DNA of 64,000 nucleotides from Leptonemataceae bacterium (GTDB lineage Bacteria; Spirochaetota; Leptospiria; Leptospirales; Leptonemataceae): NCBI GenBank assembly GCA_965227295.1, contig OZ245742.1, positions 192,001 to 256,000 of the forward strand, read 5' to 3'. Shown piece by piece: positions 55,549 to 64,000 of this stretch (position 1 is its first letter; each line of letters starts with the position of its first letter). The notes under the pieces were generated by a model. It saw only the letters and a program-made list of their open reading frames with translations, ran no database searches and was not told where the DNA came from. The position numbers and the translations under genes were made by a program.

Positions 55549-57012
55549 GTGCCGCGCTTCATCTCCGGAATCCTTCACGCATACCGGCACGCGCCGTTCC
55601 TGGACTACCAGCGAGCCGCCTTTCAGCTCGCTCTGTTCAGTATCACCGCGCTGGCCCTGGGCATGCTCTCTGTTCAGGTCGCCTGGTTCAGCCCCCGCTC
55701 CGATCCGGGCTTCGGCGCGGTGTTGGTGGGACTCCTGGTGTTGATGATCGGCCTGATGGAGTTGCTCCGTCGCGGTCACGCACGCTTCACGGCCCACGCT
55801 TATCTGTTTTTGATCTTCTCGATCATTACCATCGATACCGTCGTTCGCCCCGGAGTCCTGCACGTACGCATGGACAACACGGCGCTGTTCATCATGACCC
55901 TCACCTGCGTTTCCATGCTCACGAGCGCCCGGGGCACGCTCATCTACGCCGGCATGATCCTCGCCGTTTTTCTAGGCTTCGTCACCATGACCCCGGGCAT
56001 GGAACAGTTCCCCCGGCTGATCTTTATCAGCTACGTTACGGATTCCCTGGTCGGTATCATCGCCACCACGGTGATCTCCCTCGTTTTTCTGGATATGACC
56101 GGCCGGGCGCGCCAGATCGCGGAAACCCTTAACACGGTACTCACCAAAGAAGTGGAGATCCGCCGCGCGGAACTGAAAGGCACCCGGGAAGAAGTGGAAC
56201 GGGCCAACGATTCCTTAATTGACGCGAACAAAAACTTAAGCGAAAGCCGGGAACGCATTCTCGGCGAGGTCCGCCTGGCGGCCCGCCTGCAACGCCATGC
56301 CCAGCCGGCGGAACCGCCGCCACTGTCCGGTTGGGATCTCAGCTTCGCCTTCGAACCGCTCGGCGAAATCTCCGGTGATTTCTTCGACGTCTACGAAAGC
56401 GAAGGCCGCCTGGAAGGCATCGGTCTCTTCGACGTCAGCGGGCACGGGGTCAGTTCCGGCCTGATCACCGTTCTCGCGCGACAGGCGGCGGCCCATCACT
56501 TTCGCCGCGGCCGGCGGGCAAATCTCAATCTCGTCGCCCAGGCCCTGAACGCCGAACTCATTCGCGGCATGGACCGCACGAACTATTATCTTACAGGCAT
56601 CCTGCTCCGCGTGAACGAAGATGCGCTGGAATTCGTGAACGCCGGCCATCCGGACCTGTTGCTGCGACGGGCCTCCGGCGCAGTGGAAGTATTGGACGTC
56701 CCCGAGGAGGAACGCGGCTTCATGCTCGGCATGCGCATGCTGCGTTGCGCCTATCCCGTACGGCGTTTTCGCATGGAGCCGGGCGATTCGCTGCTGTTGT
56801 ATACGGACGCGCTGACGGAGAGCGCGAGCGTTCTGCCCTCGGGCGCAGCCGAACTCTACGACGCCCGGCGCCTGAAGGCGGCCTTGGCCGCGGCACCGCG
56901 GGACGTCGGAGCCGAGGCTGAGCTGGAGTACATTCTAAACGATCAACGCGAGTTTCTCGGCCATCGCAAGTACGAGGACGATCTCACCGCCGTGATCATT
57001 AAGAAGACGTAA
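55549..57012 (+). CDS. Membrane PP2C/SpoIIE phosphatase
   Basis: TM region and coiled coil; SGDFFD, DVSGHG, NAGHP, YTDAL, DDLT all intact. Confidence 0.9.
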   Translation: MPRFISGILHAYRHAPFLDYQRAAFQLALFSITALALGMLSVQVAWFSPRSDPGFGAVLVGLLVLMIGLMELLRRGHARFTAHAYLFLIFSIITIDTVVRPGVLHVRMDNTALFIMTLTCVSMLTSARGTLIYAGMILAVFLGFVTMTPGMEQFPRLIFISYVTDSLVGIIATTVISLVFLDMTGRARQIAETLNTVLTKEVEIRRAELKGTREEVERANDSLIDANKNLSESRERILGEVRLAARLQRHAQPAEPPPLSGWDLSFAFEPLGEISGDFFDVYESEGRLEGIGLFDVSGHGVSSGLITVLARQAAAHHFRRGRRANLNLVAQALNAELIRGMDRTNYYLTGILLRVNEDALEFVNAGHPDLLLRRASGAVEVLDVPEEERGFMLGMRMLRCAYPVRRFRMEPGDSLLLYTDALTESASVLPSGAAELYDARRLKAALAAAPRDVGAEAELEYILNDQREFLGHRKYEDDLTAVIIKKT

Positions 57013-57014
57013 GC

Positions 57015-58451
57015 ATGCTGCTCCTGATTCTCGACACGCTCGGTTACCTGGCACGCCGTTCACATCGCGCCCTGCTGCGTTCGTACCAGGACGCCGGCTT
57101 CGCCCGGCGTTATCGCGCGAACTTCCAGATGGTAACTTTCGCCATTACCATCTTTGCGCTGAGTACCGTGATTCTCGAGGATCGCATTGTGGGCGGCTTC
57201 TGGCGCTGGAGCGTCGTCGCCCTGCAAATTCCCGGTCTGGCCCTGACCATTCTGCTCGCCCTTCTGCTGCACCGCGGTTACGCACGATACACCGGCCACG
57301 CCTATCTGTTCATGATCGCCGGCGTCATCTGGGGCGACATGCTCTTTCGTCCGGCGGAGCGCCTGGAATCGCACATGGATAACGCCTACCTGGCCATCGC
57401 CGTGCAGTTTACGATCCCGATGTTCTGCGGGCGGGCCGGCATCGTTTTCCACAACAGCGTAACGTTGATTTTGTTTTTGATTTTCCTGAACGTGCGTACC
57501 GAGTTCGACGCCCTCCCGCCGGGAGTGCACCTCAGCTACGCCTTCAACACCGGCGTCAGTATGGTGATGGTCGCTTTTCTTTCGATCATGTTTGTTCGCA
57601 CCATCGAACGTTCCCGGGAAGTGACGGAGGAGTCGAATCGCATTCTCGAAGAACAGGTGCAGATGCAGACCGAACAATTGCGCGTGGCCCTGGAAGAAGT
57701 CCGCCAGACCAACGAATACTTGAGCGAGATCAACCGGGAACTGGAGGCGAACCGCCGGGAGATGCAGGACGAACTGCACATCGCCGCCCGCGTGCAACAA
57801 CAGGTGCTGCCCTCCGCGGCTCCGACGAAGCTGAACGGATGGGAGGCGGCCATCAGCACGGCGTCGCCCGGCGCGGCGGCCGAAGGTGATTTGCGCATCA
57901 GCGGAACGGCGCTGGACTTCTTTACCCGCCGCGAAGAACTCGAGGGCGTCTATCTCTTCGATTCGGGAATGGATACCGTGAGTTCGGGCATTGCCACGCT
58001 CCTGATCCGTGCGGCCATGTTTCGCGGCCATCGCAATCACCGCCACGAACATCCGCGCCGGGTCCTGGAAGAGACCTACGAAGAGATCCGCGGCGACCTA
58101 ACTTTTAGTGAAGGTACCTTTACGGGTAACTTTGTTCGTTTCAGCAGCGGCCGCATGCGCCACGCGGGCAGTGGCGACGGCGGCCTGCTCGTACGTCGCA
58201 GCACGGGCACGCTCGAAGCGCCGGACGAGCACGAGCACGCATTGCTCGATTCCGGCGACGTCCTGCTGTTGTATTCCCCGGCGCAGTTCCCCGGAGCAGC
58301 CCTGGCCTCACCGCCGGCTCAGGCCCTGGGGCGATTGTCTCCAAACACCCCGGTGCCGGAACTCCTGGCCGCCCTGGTCGCCGATCCCGGGATCGCGCGA
58401 AAAAGTCATCGCAATCGAGAGCCGCTGCTGATCATCCTTCGAAAGACGTGA
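57015..58451 (+). CDS. Degenerate PP2C/SpoIIE paralogue (probable pseudophosphatase)
   Basis: Same TM + coiled-coil layout as the upstream gene; motifs altered to SGTALD, DSGMDT, YSPAQ, REPLL. Confidence 0.78.
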   Translation: MLLLILDTLGYLARRSHRALLRSYQDAGFARRYRANFQMVTFAITIFALSTVILEDRIVGGFWRWSVVALQIPGLALTILLALLLHRGYARYTGHAYLFMIAGVIWGDMLFRPAERLESHMDNAYLAIAVQFTIPMFCGRAGIVFHNSVTLILFLIFLNVRTEFDALPPGVHLSYAFNTGVSMVMVAFLSIMFVRTIERSREVTEESNRILEEQVQMQTEQLRVALEEVRQTNEYLSEINRELEANRREMQDELHIAARVQQQVLPSAAPTKLNGWEAAISTASPGAAAEGDLRISGTALDFFTRREELEGVYLFDSGMDTVSSGIATLLIRAAMFRGHRNHRHEHPRRVLEETYEEIRGDLTFSEGTFTGNFVRFSSGRMRHAGSGDGGLLVRRSTGTLEAPDEHEHALLDSGDVLLLYSPAQFPGAALASPPAQALGRLSPNTPVPELLAALVADPGIARKSHRNREPLLIILRKT

Positions 58452-59227
58452 GGTATTCGCTCCAAACAAGCCTGCTATTTTCGGCGCTGCTCCTCTGCTG
58501 CACTCCGCAAGCACGGCCGCCCGGGCTGATTGTCTACGCCGCGGCCAGTTTGAGTGACGCCCTGCCCGTCGCGGCCGCAGCGTATCCCGAACGCGACGGG
58601 GCGAAGATCGTTTTTAACTTCGCGGCTTCAGGTACATTGGCCCGCCAGATTCTCGCCGCCGGCCGCGACGGCGTATTCATCAGCGCGGACGCGCACTGGC
58701 TGGACGCGGTGGAGAAATCCGGCGGACTGGAGGACGATTCACGCACCGTGGTCTTGCGCAATCGATTGGTGTTGGTGGTACGCGACGGTACACCCTTCCT
58801 GGATGCCGGAGAACTGTGCCGGCGCGAACGATTCCCCTTTACGAAGATTGCGATCGGCGATCCGGAGTACGTGCCCGCGGGACGCCACGCACGGCGCTGG
58901 CTCGAAAGCATCCGTTGCTCCGGCAATGATGTGTCCCTGTGGCAACGCTGGACTGAAGAGCAACGCCTGTACCCGGCCGCCGACGTACGCGCGGCCCTGG
59001 CCTTTGCGCGGGCCCGGAGCCGCGGGGCCGCAGTCGTCTATCGGACGGACTACCTGAGCGCCCGGGATGAACTCACGCTCCTGCATACCGTGCCCGCGGG
59101 TATTGTCGATGTGACCTACGAGGCCGCCGTCTTGCGCGACTCCCCGCCGACGGCCCGAAGGTTCCTGGTTTTTCTGAGGAGCCCGGCGGCACAGCAGGTG
59201 TTCGCTGCGGCGGGCTTCGGCCCTTAG
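58448..59227 (+). CDS. modA: Molybdate ABC transporter substrate-binding protein
   Basis: YAAASL, FAASGTLARQI, FISAD, NRLVL, GDP..VPAG, DVRAAL, VYRTD. Confidence 0.9.
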   Translation: MRYSLQTSLLFSALLLCCTPQARPPGLIVYAAASLSDALPVAAAAYPERDGAKIVFNFAASGTLARQILAAGRDGVFISADAHWLDAVEKSGGLEDDSRTVVLRNRLVLVVRDGTPFLDAGELCRRERFPFTKIAIGDPEYVPAGRHARRWLESIRCSGNDVSLWQRWTEEQRLYPAADVRAALAFARARSRGAAVVYRTDYLSARDELTLLHTVPAGIVDVTYEAAVLRDSPPTARRFLVFLRSPAAQQVFAAAGFGP

Positions 59228-59259
59228 TTTACTTTGTAAGATTTTACTGAGATGATATT

Positions 59260-59934
59260 ATGAGTACCCTCATCCTCAGCATCGTATGGGATACCCTCTG
59301 GCGGGCCTTGCTCGCGGTCGTGCTGGTGTCCGCGGTCGGCACTCCCATCGCCTACATTCTGGCGCGCTTCGATTTTCCCGGCAAGACCGCGCTCACCGCG
59401 CTCATCAGCCTGCCGTTGGTACTGCCGCCCACGGCAGTAGGTTATCTCCTGCTGCGCCTGCTCGCCGACGACGGATTGCTGGGACGCGACAGTCTGGGTT
59501 TTGATCCGGGCATCCTCTTTACCTGGAAGGCCGTGGTCCTGGCCGGCAGCATCATGTCGTTTCCGCTTTTCGTACGCACCGCCCGCGTCGGCTTCGAGGA
59601 CGTGCCGCCGCGCCTGGAAGCGATGGCCCGCAGCCTCGGTTACGGTTTTGTACAAACTTTCAGGGAAATCACATTACCACTCGCCGCCCGCGGCCTCACG
59701 GCGGCGACGGTGCTCGCGTTCACCCGCGCGGTGGGCGAGTTCGGCGCAACGATCATCATCGCCGGCAACATCCCCGGCGAAACCCGCGGCCTGGCCTCGG
59801 CCATCTACAGCGCCGAACAGGCGGGGCGGGAAGATCAGGGCGCACTGTTGCTGCTCGCGGCGCTGCTGCTTGGTTTCGCGGCGGTCTTCGTAACGGAGTG
59901 GTTGTCCCCCGCGCGACGGAGCAACACAACGTGA
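59260..59934 (+). CDS. modB: Molybdate ABC transporter permease
   Basis: [35 protein letters not shown]. Confidence 0.93.
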   Translation: MSTLILSIVWDTLWRALLAVVLVSAVGTPIAYILARFDFPGKTALTALISLPLVLPPTAVGYLLLRLLADDGLLGRDSLGFDPGILFTWKAVVLAGSIMSFPLFVRTARVGFEDVPPRLEAMARSLGYGFVQTFREITLPLAARGLTAATVLAFTRAVGEFGATIIIAGNIPGETRGLASAIYSAEQAGREDQGALLLLAALLLGFAAVFVTEWLSPARRSNTT

Positions 59935-60584
59935 CGCTTGCCATCCTGGAGATGCATCTGCGCATTGCGCTGGATCGTTTTACGCTGGAAGTGCGGCACG
60001 ACGTTCGTCGACGTACTACGGGCATCTACGGACCGTCCGGTTCCGGCAAGACGACCTGGCTCGAAGCCCTGGCCGGTTTGCGGCGCATCGACGACGGCCT
60101 GGTCCGTTTTCAGGGCACGACCTGGTACGAAGCCGCCGCGCGCATTCACGTACCTCCGGAAAAACGCCGTATCGGCTACGTGCCCCAGGACGATCTGCTC
60201 TTTCCGCACTACGACGTGCGGCGCAATCTCAGCATGGCAACGCATCGCGCCCGTTCAGGGTCCGAAGAACTTCTGAAGGAAACGGTTGCGGCCCTGGAGA
60301 TCGACGCGCTGTTGGATCGTCGCGTACAGGAACTTTCGGGCGGCGAACGGCGGCGCGTGGCCCTGGCGCGTGCGCTCTGCTCGGATCCGCAACTCCTGTT
60401 GCTGGACGAACCGTTCGCCTTCCTGGACCAGGCGTTGCGCCGACGCATCCTTACGTACTTGCTGCAGGTACGTGAACGCTTTGCCGGGCCGATCATCATC
60501 GTCTCGCACCAGGCCGACGAACTCCAGGAACTCTGTGACGAACTCGTGCACCTCGCACACGGCCGGATCGTGGAGAAGTTATAG
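59931..60584 (+). CDS. modC: Molybdate ABC transporter ATPase (short form, no TOBE domain)
   Basis: [39 protein letters not shown] overlaps the modB stop. Confidence 0.88.
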   Translation: MTLAILEMHLRIALDRFTLEVRHDVRRRTTGIYGPSGSGKTTWLEALAGLRRIDDGLVRFQGTTWYEAAARIHVPPEKRRIGYVPQDDLLFPHYDVRRNLSMATHRARSGSEELLKETVAALEIDALLDRRVQELSGGERRRVALARALCSDPQLLLLDEPFAFLDQALRRRILTYLLQVRERFAGPIIIVSHQADELQELCDELVHLAHGRIVEKL

Positions 60585-60662
60585 TTCCGTAACCACGGCC
60601 GGCCAGGCCCCGCGCCGGTCAGCAAGATGAGATGATTCGCCGGACGCAAGATCGGCGGGCCC

Positions 60663-60950
60663 TTACTTCACCAGATCCTGGTACTCCGGATGACGCTTGA
60701 GATACACGGGAACATACGGGCACGTGGGCACGATCTTCATTTCATTTTCCCGCGCAAACTCGAGGGCTCCTTTCACGACCTTCGCGGCCAGGCCGCCGCC
60801 GCGTTCTTCCGACGGCGTAAACGTGGAGACAAGATCCAGGGTTTTTTCGTCCGGCTTACGATACTGCACGTAAGCCGGCCCGTGGTCGGTATCCAGGCTG
60901 AAACGCTGTTTATCCTCATCGTGGACGACTTCGGTACCGGTGATGCTCAT
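60663..60950 (-). CDS. Small GNAT-like protein (YjdJ/Acetyltransf_CG family)
   Basis: STFTP..RGGGLA, KIVPTCPYV..YLKRHPEY. Confidence 0.88.
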   Translation of the reverse strand: MSITGTEVVHDEDKQRFSLDTDHGPAYVQYRKPDEKTLDLVSTFTPSEERGGGLAAKVVKGALEFARENEMKIVPTCPYVPVYLKRHPEYQDLVK

Positions 60951-60997
60951 GGGTTATAAGATAACGGAGTCCTTCGGTCGCGCACAGGAAAGATATC

Positions 60998-61798
60998 TCA
61001 CAACTTTTCTGAAAACACCAGCTCGTAGTCCTTCTTACCGCGCAGGTGAACGCCCAACCACTGTCGTCCGTCTTTGACGATGAACGTCTTGGACTTCACC
61101 CAATCACCGGTATTCACGATGCGCACCTCTTCCATGCACAGAAAATCATGGGTGTGGCCGGAAACCAGGACGCGGTGTCCCTGCTTCGAAAGGCGTGAGA
61201 GACGTTCGTAATGGCGCAGCTTCTCGTCCGGCGTGGCCGGATCCATGCGGTTCAGGTGTTCATCGTAGAACGCTTCCATTACGTGAAAGAAGCGCGGAAT
61301 GAACAGCGCGAGAATGTGCAGGATGCGCAGTCCCAGGATGTTCAACATCCAGGTGATTTTATTGTACTGGCCCTGATGACCGTGGAGTACCACGAGTTCG
61401 TCGTCCTCGTAGACCTCACAAACATCGTAGCGGCGCTTCTTTAAGTATCGTTCCAGCTCGAAGTCCAGGGCCATGGTGAACGAGGTGGTGTCGTGATTGC
61501 CGACGATGTACACCTTCTCCGCTCCCTTCGCGGCGATCTTATCCAGGCGATCGAAGAGTTTGTTGAAACGCTTGCGAACCTTTTTGTCCCGGCGAATGCG
61601 TACGCTGGCGTCGAAGAACCAGTTTTCGATGATATCACCGACCAGGAAGATCTTACGAAAACGAATCCCGCGCTTGCGCAGGTGATAGAGCATGCCGATG
61701 AGTTCGCGATGAAAATGATTCTTAACCTTCTTGTTCAGAAGATAGTGGATATCCGAGAGGAATAAGGCGTCGTAGGTCTTGTTCTTCGGAAACTTCAC
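60998..61798 (-). CDS. Calcineurin-like metallophosphoesterase (LpxH-like)
   Basis: SDIH, GDIIE, GNHD, HGH, GHTH, NTGDW; GTG 61798 overlaps the upstream stop. Confidence 0.85.
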   Translation of the reverse strand: MKFPKNKTYDALFLSDIHYLLNKKVKNHFHRELIGMLYHLRKRGIRFRKIFLVGDIIENWFFDASVRIRRDKKVRKRFNKLFDRLDKIAAKGAEKVYIVGNHDTTSFTMALDFELERYLKKRRYDVCEVYEDDELVVLHGHQGQYNKITWMLNILGLRILHILALFIPRFFHVMEAFYDEHLNRMDPATPDEKLRHYERLSRLSKQGHRVLVSGHTHDFLCMEEVRIVNTGDWVKSKTFIVKDGRQWLGVHLRGKKDYELVFSEKL

Positions 61799-62994
61799 GA
61801 GGATGCGCTTTCGGCGAGGATGCGGCGTCCGCGTTCCAGAACGGCGAGTTTGCTGAGCAGACCGTCGCGATCGGCGTAGCAGCCCTGTACGTGGCGGCGA
61901 CAGCCGTTCGAACACGCGGTGCGGCCGTGCAGCACGCGGCGGTTGTCGACAATGTAGAGCGTGCCGGGCCGCATGGGAAACTGAATGTGATAGTGCGGAT
62001 CTTCCAGCATGGCCGCGAAGGTTCGGTACGCTTCATAGAACGGTATCATGAGATCGTCCGGCACGTCAAACGGTTCGGTGGATCGATGGTTAAAACACAC
62101 GCCCTGCACGTTTCCGGAACGCGGATCCAGTTCGATGAGCGGGCGCGACGCCGAAAGCACGGTGTCCCGGTCGGCGAAGGTGAAGCGCACCGGCAGAGTC
62201 GCGAGCAGACTGAACAGTTCCGGCGCGCGGCGACGCAGGTCCCCGGCCACACGAAAGCCGTCGGTCAGCGTCGTCCGACCACCCTCCGCATCGTCGGCGG
62301 CGTTTTCGATGCAGTGCATGAGTTGTAACGACGGCACCGGGTCCCGGTAGGGATTGTCCGTGTGCGGGCGTAGCCAGAGATTCGTGAAGGCCAGGTTGTT
62401 CGGCTCTTCCAGGACGTGCTCATCAAAAATGCGGCCGTAGTTGGTCTGGCGGACGTAGCCGAAGCGCGCAACAATCTTCAGGACAAAACCCGGCGTTACC
62501 GGTACATCTTCCAGCACGGCAAAGCCGTACGCGCGCACGGCGGCCAGCCAGCCCTGCAGGGCCTCGTCGTTGTGCATGAACTCACCGTAGTTCAGCGCCG
62601 GCAGGCCGTCGGCCCAATCTTCCGCGGTCCAGGTACGTAGCGCTGCTGACGGCGACTCCGTTTCGGTGTGCCGTTTTTTTGCCCGGACGTGCTCCCGCAA
62701 CCAGTCCGCCCGAAAACGACTTACGTGGTGATCGAAAGACCAGCGCACGGAAACGGTGCCGTCCTCTTCGAGACGGACGTCCGCCGGGGCGACGTCGAGC
62801 GGGAAGTCCGTGACCGCGCTGATGCGCTGGCCGTTGCCGGGATGCCGGAGCGCCGGACAATTGTCCCGCAGCCACACGTAATGGAATTCGCCGACCTTTC
62901 CGTCCGCCCAGGTGACCTGGAGCGTGCGCGGGCCGGGGGCGACATCGCGAATGGGCGAGGCCGCAACGGATTGGGCTGTGACGGAAGGTTCCAT
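61795..62994 (-). CDS. Fe(II)/2-oxoglutarate dioxygenase, gamma-butyrobetaine hydroxylase family
   Basis: N-terminal WLRDNC...GQR domain, TNYG, NLAFT...HTDNPY, DGF, DNRRVLHGR, GCYAD. Confidence 0.88.
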   Translation of the reverse strand: MEPSVTAQSVAASPIRDVAPGPRTLQVTWADGKVGEFHYVWLRDNCPALRHPGNGQRISAVTDFPLDVAPADVRLEEDGTVSVRWSFDHHVSRFRADWLREHVRAKKRHTETESPSAALRTWTAEDWADGLPALNYGEFMHNDEALQGWLAAVRAYGFAVLEDVPVTPGFVLKIVARFGYVRQTNYGRIFDEHVLEEPNNLAFTNLWLRPHTDNPYRDPVPSLQLMHCIENAADDAEGGRTTLTDGFRVAGDLRRRAPELFSLLATLPVRFTFADRDTVLSASRPLIELDPRSGNVQGVCFNHRSTEPFDVPDDLMIPFYEAYRTFAAMLEDPHYHIQFPMRPGTLYIVDNRRVLHGRTACSNGCRRHVQGCYADRDGLLSKLAVLERGRRILAESASS

Positions 62995-63130
62995 GGGCCG
63001 GGGGAAGCTCGACGTTATGTCGCATTTTTGCGAGAGTCGTCAACTGGTTTTCGGGGGATCGGAGCGAGTCGGAAGAAAAGACGACACATAATGTCTAACC
63101 ACCGGGCACACCGGGGGAGAAATCATTGAA

Positions 63131-63306
63131 AGGGGGAGCTTCGCTCCCCCTGGCTACGACCCGCGTCGCTGCGCGAACGCACTGCGAATCGCGCTACGCG
63201 CGACCGGGCCACCCTCCGGGCAGCCCTTTCGCAGTGCTCGCGGTTCTCCGCCACCCCCTCGGTGCCGACACCCTCTCCGCGTCCTCAGCATCCCGGCGGT
63301 GAAGAG
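63131..63306. repeat. Structured intergenic palindromic element with GNA-triloop hairpins plus an octamer-period arm
   Basis: agggggagc-ttc-gctccccct; gcactgcgaa (63179) pairs with ttcgcagtgc (63228); ctccgcgtcctcagcatcccggcggtgaa near 63275. Confidence 0.65.
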
Positions 63307-63324
63307 TCTTCCGAGCCGCGCAGG

Positions 63325-64000
63325 TTAACCCTGCTGTGCCTGGTAGACGCAGGCCTCGGCGGCCAGGCGGGCGCCAAGATACGTCCACACGGGTAAAAGA
63401 TCGATGCCCGTGGCCGCAGCACCGGTGGCGCTGTCGGCGATGTTCGCCACGGCGGCCCCGCTGGGCAGAATGCCCTTGATCTTCTCCGTAATGGGACCGG
63501 TGTAATCCTTGGCCTGGGCGACATAGCCGTCCAGGGTACCGGAGAGTTGCCCCATGACGCCCTGGGCCTGCTGGATGGCGTCGGCCCCGGCGAAGCCGCT
63601 GAACTTCGAGGCAATGTCGTTTTCTTTGCTGTTCATGAGCTTCTGAATGAGCCCGGCTCCGGCCTCGGCCAGGTTATCCGAGAACGGCAGGGCGATCTCA
63701 CCGATGCCGTAAAAGATGGCGGCCTCGCGGCCGGCCGGAAGGTTCTGGAAGGTGGAAACTTTCGTCGTGACGTCGCCGGGAATGAGTTTGTAGATCATGT
63801 AGGCGAGGCCGATGCCTTTCAGCGCCGCGTCGGTAGCCTGCTCCTGATCGCTCTCGAACGTGCGCTTTTTTGAGCCGCCGCCGCCGAAGATCGACAGCAG
63901 GTTTTTTACACCGGCGTAACCGGCAATGAGCTTATCGCTGGTGTCCAGGGCGCCGGCGGTCCACAGGGCCTTCTCCACGTCCTCGGTACCCGCAATCTCT
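63325..64000 (-). CDS. Hypothetical protein, 5' end outside the window
   Basis: Open frame continues to the window edge; Ala/Gly-rich helical sequence with typical codon usage. Confidence 0.75.
   Translation of the reverse strand, partial: EIAGTEDVEKALWTAGALDTSDKLIAGYAGVKNLLSIFGGGGSKKRTFESDQEQATDAALKGIGLAYMIYKLIPGDVTTKVSTFQNLPAGREAAIFYGIGEIALPFSDNLAEAGAGLIQKLMNSKENDIASKFSGFAGADAIQQAQGVMGQLSGTLDGYVAQAKDYTGPITEKIKGILPSGAAVANIADSATGAAATGIDLLPVWTYLGARLAAEACVYQAQQG

Overview
Ordinary chromosomal region of a GC-rich (roughly 60%, by eye) spirochete of the family Leptospiraceae, placed there by a full-length flagellar coiling protein gene (fcpA). No rRNA, tRNA, CRISPR array, prophage or intact transposase is visible. 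The window is gene-dense (about 55 CDS). It holds housekeeping genes (ROK kinase, ferredoxin-NADP reductase, folK, gpsA, modABC), many signalling genes (receivers, class III cyclases, PP2C/SpoIIE phosphatases, STAS, MerR, LytTR) and a GldA/F/G-like ABC cassette. Best candidates for undescribed biology: (1) a HAD hydrolase - LarA-fold protein - fatty acyl reductase/acyltransferase operon resembling the myxobacterial elb ether-lipid cluster, but with no adenylation domain and only a vestigial carrier domain; (2) a ~2220-aa signal-peptide-bearing SpvB/FG-GAP/RHS protein with a transmembrane helix and a lipoprotein-like signal sequence inserted just before its RHS core; (3) several enzyme/pseudo-enzyme signalling pairs; (4) two families of intergenic inverted-repeat elements; (5) recurrent TA-rich patches inside GC-rich genes. 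All family assignments come from motif recognition by eye, not database searches.
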